Shown piece after piece: positions 58,612-64,000 of a DNA stretch of 64,000 nt. The position numbers and the translations under genes were made by a program. Origin of the DNA: Methanocellales archaeon (GTDB lineage Archaea; Halobacteriota; JAWCLZ01); the NCBI GenBank assembly GCA_038850275.1, contig JAWCLZ010000003.1, forward strand, positions 28,194 through 92,193, in the 5' to 3' direction. The notes beneath the pieces were generated by a model. It saw only the letters and a program-made list of their open reading frames with translations, made no database searches and was not told the origin of the DNA. How positions within the stretch are numbered: position 1 is the stretch's first letter; every line of letters starts with the position of its first letter.

Positions 58612-58641
58612 TTATTCACCTTAGCTGCCCATAGATTGGGT

Positions 58642-60138
58642 TTATTTCTTCATATTGAATACTATGGTTTTTATAGTGGTCATTTCATCTATGCTATAGC
58701 CCAGGCCCTCTCTCCCAACTCCAGATTCTTTAACCCCTCCAAAGGGGAAGTTGCCTACTCCATGTGCAGGTGCATCATTAATAGTTATTTCCCCAACTTG
58801 CAAGGATTTAGCAGCTTGCCAAGCGTGGAATAAATTTGAAGTAAATATTGCGCTATCTAAGCCATATTTAGATTGATTTGCTATTTCAATTGCTTCATCT
58901 AAATCTTTGACTCTTATAATTGTAAGCACAGGCCCAAATGTTTCCTCCCATGTTATATCAGCATTTAATGGCACGTGGTCTAGAATGGTTGGATGGTAAT
59001 AGTTTTTCTCAAAATTGCCTCCTGCTAAAAGTTTAGCCCCTTTTGCTATGGCATCTTTTACCAAGCGATCCACTTTTTTAACTGCAACTTCATTTGTAAG
59101 TGGACCTATTCTCGTCTCTCTATCTCTAGGGTCACCTATCTTCCATTCCTCAATTTCTTTTAAAGCTTTAGCTACAAATAGGTCTGCTATTTTCTCACAT
59201 ACCAAAACTCTGCTTATGGCATCACATCTTTGTCCTGAGTTTTTAAGCGCGCCCTCAACGCATTTTTTAACAGCTAGGTCTAAATCCGCGTCTTCTAAAA
59301 CAATAGCTGCTGCTTTGCCCCCAAGTTCTAAGTGGCGCTTCTTCATTCCAGCTAAACTTGCGATTCTCTTTCCAACTTCAGTGCTGCCTGTGAAGGAGAT
59401 CATGTTGATTTTTTCATGTTTAATAAGCAAATCACCTATTTCCCCGCCGCCTCCCACTACCACGTTCAAGCATCCTTCTTTCACTCCTGCTTCTTCGAGT
59501 ATTCGAGTGAATAATAGCAGGGTTATGGGTGTATCGGTGGAGGGCTTGGCAACTACTGTGTTGCCACTGGCTAAAGCTGGAATTATCTTAGCAGCTGCTA
59601 TGTAAAGCGGGTAGTTGAATGGCGCTATAGCTGCTACAACTCCAAGGGGTTCTCTTATTACTATTGCGAATTTGCCAATTGTATCTTTAACAAATTCTCC
59701 AGGTATATATTCCCCTGCAATTTTCCTCACTTCTTCCATCGCTAGCTCTAAGCGCTCAGCAGTTGCAATTACTTCACTCTCAGCTGCTCTTAATGGCTTG
59801 CCTAGTTCAACAACTATAGTTGAGGCAATTTCGGCTTTATGTTTCAATAATAGCTCACGAGCTCTTTGAAAGATTTCCAGTTTTTCTATCACTGGTATAT
59901 CTCTACTTTTTTTCCTATTTTCATGGGCTGCATTTATCGCTGCTTCTATCTCTCTCTTACTTGCTTTTGCTACCCTTGCAAATATGCTATTATCAATTGG
60001 GGTATCCACCTCGATGGTTTCACCTGTGAAAATCCACTTTCCATTGATGTATATTTTAAACTTAGGAAGACCGTCGTGGTCGATTTCATATATAGGTCTG
60101 AAGAAATCCCCAAGTTCTATTTTTGGCTTCTCTCTCAT
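58642..60138 (-). CDS. NAD(P)-dependent aldehyde dehydrogenase
   Basis: ALDH catalytic Glu (ELGGKAA) and Cys (GQRC) motifs, 498 aa. Confidence 0.85.
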   Translation of the reverse strand: MREKPKIELGDFFRPIYEIDHDGLPKFKIYINGKWIFTGETIEVDTPIDNSIFARVAKASKREIEAAINAAHENRKKSRDIPVIEKLEIFQRARELLLKHKAEIASTIVVELGKPLRAAESEVIATAERLELAMEEVRKIAGEYIPGEFVKDTIGKFAIVIREPLGVVAAIAPFNYPLYIAAAKIIPALASGNTVVAKPSTDTPITLLLFTRILEEAGVKEGCLNVVVGGGGEIGDLLIKHEKINMISFTGSTEVGKRIASLAGMKKRHLELGGKAAAIVLEDADLDLAVKKCVEGALKNSGQRCDAISRVLVCEKIADLFVAKALKEIEEWKIGDPRDRETRIGPLTNEVAVKKVDRLVKDAIAKGAKLLAGGNFEKNYYHPTILDHVPLNADITWEETFGPVLTIIRVKDLDEAIEIANQSKYGLDSAIFTSNLFHAWQAAKSLQVGEITINDAPAHGVGNFPFGGVKESGVGREGLGYSIDEMTTIKTIVFNMKK

Positions 60139-60185
60139 TGCTCATCACTTCCTCCTAACCTATGTTTATCTCTACATTGAAAAAG

Positions 60186-60425
60186 CTATGCCAAGGCTTT
60201 TTCAGGACTTAATTGAATATGCTCTTTTTTAAGAGCTTCAGAGATTGCTTTCCCCAAGAGAAGTATTGCTTTTTTATGCTGTTTTCGACTTTTATGCACG
60301 TGCATTGGATTAACATTTAAAGCATTGTATTTACTAAGGTCGCAGGCTATTTGATTTTGCTCTAGAAATTCCTTTACTTGATATAAAGCTAGATGGATTT
60401 TAATTAATTCAAGCTTATTCATCAA
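60186..60425 (-). CDS. Small hypothetical protein
   Basis: 79 aa, basic, no motif. Confidence 0.3.
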   Translation of the reverse strand: MMNKLELIKIHLALYQVKEFLEQNQIACDLSKYNALNVNPMHVHKSRKQHKKAILLLGKAISEALKKEHIQLSPEKALA

Positions 60426-60484
60426 TCAAACTATTATCAATTTAAAGTTATATATTTTTTGATAGTTATCAAAAAAATGATAAC

Positions 60485-60835
60485 TTATTCGATACATTGC
60501 TCGAGCAATCCAGTTGGCTTTAGTCTAGCAAGCATCTCTTCATATTTCTTCTTGTCCCCAAGCATGTCGTTCAAAAGCCTTTCTTGAGCATGAGTGCCTT
60601 TTTTCACTCTAACCTCAACTTCTTTGCCAAGCTTTTTCTCCAATGCATATTTAATAACTACCCCAATCAACCCGCCCATGGGGCAAAAAGGTGAAGTTGG
60701 TTTGAACTCGATTCTAGCTTTATCACCCTCTAAAGAGATATCCTCAGCTTCCACGATTTTCAAATCGAGAACCGACATGGGATGCTCTGGGTCGTAGACT
60801 TTTTTAAGAATATCTAGAATTTCCTTTTTATCCAT
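60485..60835 (-). CDS. DUF59/MIP18-family Fe-S cluster assembly protein
   Basis: VYDPEHPMSVLDLKIV...FCPMGG. Confidence 0.75.
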   Translation of the reverse strand: MDKKEILDILKKVYDPEHPMSVLDLKIVEAEDISLEGDKARIEFKPTSPFCPMGGLIGVVIKYALEKKLGKEVEVRVKKGTHAQERLLNDMLGDKKKYEEMLARLKPTGLLEQCIE

Positions 60836-60962
60836 TTTTAAGCCTCTAATTTACTTCTCCTCTAAATATATTTATATCTTTCAAATAATTTGTTCGTATA
60901 TTTACGAACATTCGATTAATATCGAATAATTTTATATATTCTTTTTGCTTTTATATTTTACT

Positions 60963-62267
60963 ATGGAAATATTCGCCACCAAAAAAGGAATAATAGCAGT
61001 TAAAAATCCAGTTCGAATTCAAATTTTAGAGGCACTTCAAAAATCCGATTGCACATTCGAAGAACTCGTAGAGTGCGTTCAAAAAGCCAAGTCAACGGTT
61101 TCAGTACATCTTGAAAAAATGCAGAAAGATGGATTAATAAGCTCCAGCTTAGATAAGAAAGACAAACGCAAGAAGATCTATCGCTGCATCGCAACCTATA
61201 TTGGCACGACAACTGCAAGTAAATATGAACTTACTGAACAGATAAAAGAAGATATTCGCTTAAATGTAAGCGAAATGAATCGCTTTTTAAATGCAATTCG
61301 AGAATTAAAAACTGGAGATCATATTTGCTTTCTCTATGAAACAGAGGAGGAAAGAAATAAAGCACTTGTGCCCTACTTCGAAGAAGCTCTGAATAAAAAT
61401 GAGCAATGCCTCTACATTACTTTTGGTGAACAAGCTAAAGCAAAAAAAGTCCTAGACTTGAACTCGAAGCGGCTTGATGTAATTATCCAAAAAAATTTCA
61501 ATCCCGAGAACTTGCTAGCCTTAATAAAAAGAGAATTAGAATTAGCACTTGACAAGGGATATAGTGGACTGAGGATAGCTGTTGAAGTAGCTGAAAATAA
61601 TTTAAATAAACTTCTTGAATATGAATCCAAGCTCAACCTCTATCTCCCGAGTTCAAAAGCACTCTTGATTTGCCAATATAGTAGAAATAAATTCCCCCCA
61701 CAAGTGCTCTTGGAAATCCTCAAGATGCATGCATTTGTTATTGCAATGGACACCATATGCCGAAATTTCTACTACATACCTTCAAAAGGTGGAGAAGAAG
61801 AACTAAATAACTATCTTTTTAACCTAATGGAAATCGAAAAACTCCATAATCAAAAGCCATTTAACTATATGCGCTCTTTATTCCGAGCAATGCGCTACAT
61901 AACTCAAGCAATAGGGATAGATATAAAGCCAGTGCTTAAGCTCACCGGACGGGAAGTAGGCAGAGAACTCGCTGGATTAATGCATGCTACCGAGCCCATT
62001 GCTTTAATAAAAGAGATCGCAAGTTTCTGGGAATCGAATAAAATGGGGAAGCTCACCATACTTAAATCACAGCCTCCCATTGAGATTATAATTGAAAATT
62101 GCTATGAATGCGGTGGAATGCCCAACGTTGGCACTACGCTTTGCGCACTAGATGAAGGACTTATAAGTGCAATCCTAGATGAGAAACTAGGTGTTAAAAG
62201 CACTGTAAGGGAAAAAGAATGCTGGGGAACTGGATATAACCACTGTCGCTTCACAATCGAATGGTAG
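60963..62267 (+). CDS. Transcriptional regulator with HTH, MEDS and V4R domains
   Basis: N-terminal ArsR-like HTH, MEDS-like core (GDHICFLYETEEERNKALVPYFEEALNKNEQCLYITF), and a C-terminal V4R-like Cys pattern (CYECGGMPNVGTTLCALDEG...CWGTGYNHCRFTIEW). Confidence 0.6.
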   Translation: MEIFATKKGIIAVKNPVRIQILEALQKSDCTFEELVECVQKAKSTVSVHLEKMQKDGLISSSLDKKDKRKKIYRCIATYIGTTTASKYELTEQIKEDIRLNVSEMNRFLNAIRELKTGDHICFLYETEEERNKALVPYFEEALNKNEQCLYITFGEQAKAKKVLDLNSKRLDVIIQKNFNPENLLALIKRELELALDKGYSGLRIAVEVAENNLNKLLEYESKLNLYLPSSKALLICQYSRNKFPPQVLLEILKMHAFVIAMDTICRNFYYIPSKGGEEELNNYLFNLMEIEKLHNQKPFNYMRSLFRAMRYITQAIGIDIKPVLKLTGREVGRELAGLMHATEPIALIKEIASFWESNKMGKLTILKSQPPIEIIIENCYECGGMPNVGTTLCALDEGLISAILDEKLGVKSTVREKECWGTGYNHCRFTIEW

Positions 62268-62493
62268 GGAAAATTATTTTTGCTAGTGAAATAATTAAGA
62301 AATAGATGCAGCCAGAGACAACAAGGGTAATTATAGTACTAGGTTTTCTATTTGCAGTACTTGCTATTTCTATTCTAAAGATGGAGACCTTAGTGAGAGC
62401 CATTTTAAAGCGTTTTTAGCAATTTTTTAGTGATTGCAAATCAAAAAAGCTAAGTATATATCATACAAGCATTATCTGCGGGTGGAATAAATT

Positions 62494-63477
62494 ATGCAGG
62501 ATAAAACAGCAATAACCTTGAAGAGTCTTGAAGCAATAGAGGCCATAGCAGTCATAGGATATATATACTATGTACTCACTGGGAGATATGCATTTGCACT
62601 CATCGCTCCCAAAACAGCGATATTTCAAGTCTTCCTAGGTATATTTTTCATCATATTCATCATAGGAATAATCAATTTATTATATCGCTGGACACTTCCA
62701 CTCCATGGAAGTGGATTTTCAAAAATTCTAACTAGCTTTCTACGCTGGTTCAAAAACAATATATTAAGCTGGAAAATTTTTTTAATACTCGAAGCACTTG
62801 TGATTCAAGGTTTTCTGCAGAGCAGAGTATTCAAGCAGAGTAAGCTCCGTTGGTTTATGCACATGACACTTGCCTGGGGCTGCTTGATTTTCCTAGTGCT
62901 CTATATAATTGATATTAAAGAGATAATTGAAAAACTTCCACTTGGAGGCGTGCTTACCCAAGCGATTGATGTCACGATTATACTCATCTTTTTACTCACA
63001 ATTATAGGTGCATTAACAGCAATTGTTAAAAACTGGAATAGATCGCCTGAGATCATGGTTATATTGATAATAGCTGGGATAACAATGTGGTACATAATCT
63101 CCCAAGGTGAAGCTACTTTTAATTATCTATATAGCACTGGTCTATTCATCTATGAAAAATTACTTTACAATTTAGCAGCTGTATTGGTTTTCATTGGATT
63201 AACCATAGTATTCATTCGCAGGCGATCAAAGGAAGTTAAGCCCCTCACCGACTTCAAAATAGATATAAGACCAATTATATTAATCACAATATTATCTGCA
63301 ACTGGCTTCGCTGGCTTCTATCTTCAATATATCTCAACACTTGCTCACGAGATAGTTATACACGTGCACTTCATCACCACCTTCGGGGTAATAGCCTACT
63401 TCCCATTCAGCAAATTCCTACATATAGCCACTGCAAAACTAAGCTATATCCTAAATGCAGTGGAGGTGCATCATTAA
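62494..63477 (+). CDS. Polytopic membrane protein, candidate cytochrome-b-like (HdrE/DsrM/NarI-type) anchor
   Basis: About 8-9 TM helices with His residues inside them (WFMHMTLAWG, LAHEIVIHVHFITTFG). Its stop overlaps the start of the next gene (TAATG). Confidence 0.45.
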   Translation: MQDKTAITLKSLEAIEAIAVIGYIYYVLTGRYAFALIAPKTAIFQVFLGIFFIIFIIGIINLLYRWTLPLHGSGFSKILTSFLRWFKNNILSWKIFLILEALVIQGFLQSRVFKQSKLRWFMHMTLAWGCLIFLVLYIIDIKEIIEKLPLGGVLTQAIDVTIILIFLLTIIGALTAIVKNWNRSPEIMVILIIAGITMWYIISQGEATFNYLYSTGLFIYEKLLYNLAAVLVFIGLTIVFIRRRSKEVKPLTDFKIDIRPIILITILSATGFAGFYLQYISTLAHEIVIHVHFITTFGVIAYFPFSKFLHIATAKLSYILNAVEVHH

Positions 63478-64000
63478 TGCAAGCTAAATTCCAGCCCAAG
63501 AATTTAAGCTTCAAGCAAATGATCGAAGTCGACGCTTGCATGCGCTGCAATGAATGCTTGAAATTCTGCCCAGTTGTGGATATATATGGAAATGAAGTTA
63601 GCCCAAAAGGTAAAATCCACTTCTTCCGAGAGTTGATTAAGTCCAATGATTTAATTGCAAAATTGCTAGGCAGAGGGAAAAATGTAACCGAGGAGGAGGT
63701 CAATAAATATACTCAGAATTTATACATCTGCACCTCTTGCTTGCAATGCAGAGAAGTTTGCGAAGCAGGTATAAATACCGTTCCAATGTGGGAAGCAATG
63801 CGAGCGGATTTAGTTGAGAGAGGCAACGGCCCAATGCCCGCGCATAGAGCAATAAGAGAGAGAGTGGAGAAATTAGGTAATCCCTATAATGAGCCACCAG
63901 AGAAGCGCCTTGCTTGGATTCAGCCTGGGATGAAAATTGCTGAGAAAGCGGATTTGCTTTTCTTCGTTGGCTGCACCTCTGCACTTAGAATGACGATGCT
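63477..64000 (+). CDS. HdrD/DsrK/GlpC-like Fe-S protein (2x[4Fe-4S] plus CCG domain), 5' part; gene runs off the window end
   Basis: CMRCNECLKFCP and CTSCLQCREVCE ferredoxin motifs followed by a CCG-domain start (FFVGCTSA). Absent from the ORF track because it is truncated. Confidence 0.7.
   Translation, partial: MQAKFQPKNLSFKQMIEVDACMRCNECLKFCPVVDIYGNEVSPKGKIHFFRELIKSNDLIAKLLGRGKNVTEEEVNKYTQNLYICTSCLQCREVCEAGINTVPMWEAMRADLVERGNGPMPAHRAIRERVEKLGNPYNEPPEKRLAWIQPGMKIAEKADLLFFVGCTSALRMTM

Overview
AT-rich archaeal chromosomal segment, about 64 kb, with roughly 90 protein genes at high coding density, two tRNAs, and no rRNA, CRISPR array or recognisable transposase or integrase. The gene content is a euryarchaeal housekeeping core. 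Information processing: Orc1/Cdc6, TBP, RpoK, RpoL, ribosomal S2 and S8e, aSUI1, exosome Csl4, RNase J, TyrRS, an Sm-like protein and a SAMP. Isoprenoid synthesis: an archaeal-type mevalonate block mvk-ipk-idi2 next to a GGPP synthase. H4MPT C1 and energy metabolism: Ftr, F420-dependent Mtd, a tungsten AOR, and a membrane Hdr-like pair (cytochrome-b-like protein plus an HdrD-like CCG protein). This points to a methanogen, ANME or Archaeoglobus-like organism, which is inference only. Unusual items, in window order: (1) an MFS transporter pseudogene with at least 5 frameshifts next to cdc6; (2) six short perfect tandem repeats of 11-31 bp in intergenic spacers between co-directional genes, several of which duplicate an RBS/start or a stop/RBS region; (3) an FtsZ with a C-terminal transmembrane anchor; (4) a divergent three-gene 2-oxoacid:ferredoxin oxidoreductase-like locus in the order alpha, beta with a fused ferredoxin tail, gamma; (5) NikR lacking the RHH beta-strand, next to a frameshifted DUF333 Cys-rich secreted protein and a tRNA-Arg; (6) a five-gene operon of class-III-signal (type IV pilin-like) proteins that includes a 486-aa FN3 adhesin; (7) an HTH-MEDS-V4R regulator upstream of the Hdr-like membrane complex. 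All calls rest on motifs I recognise in the supplied translations. No database searches were run.
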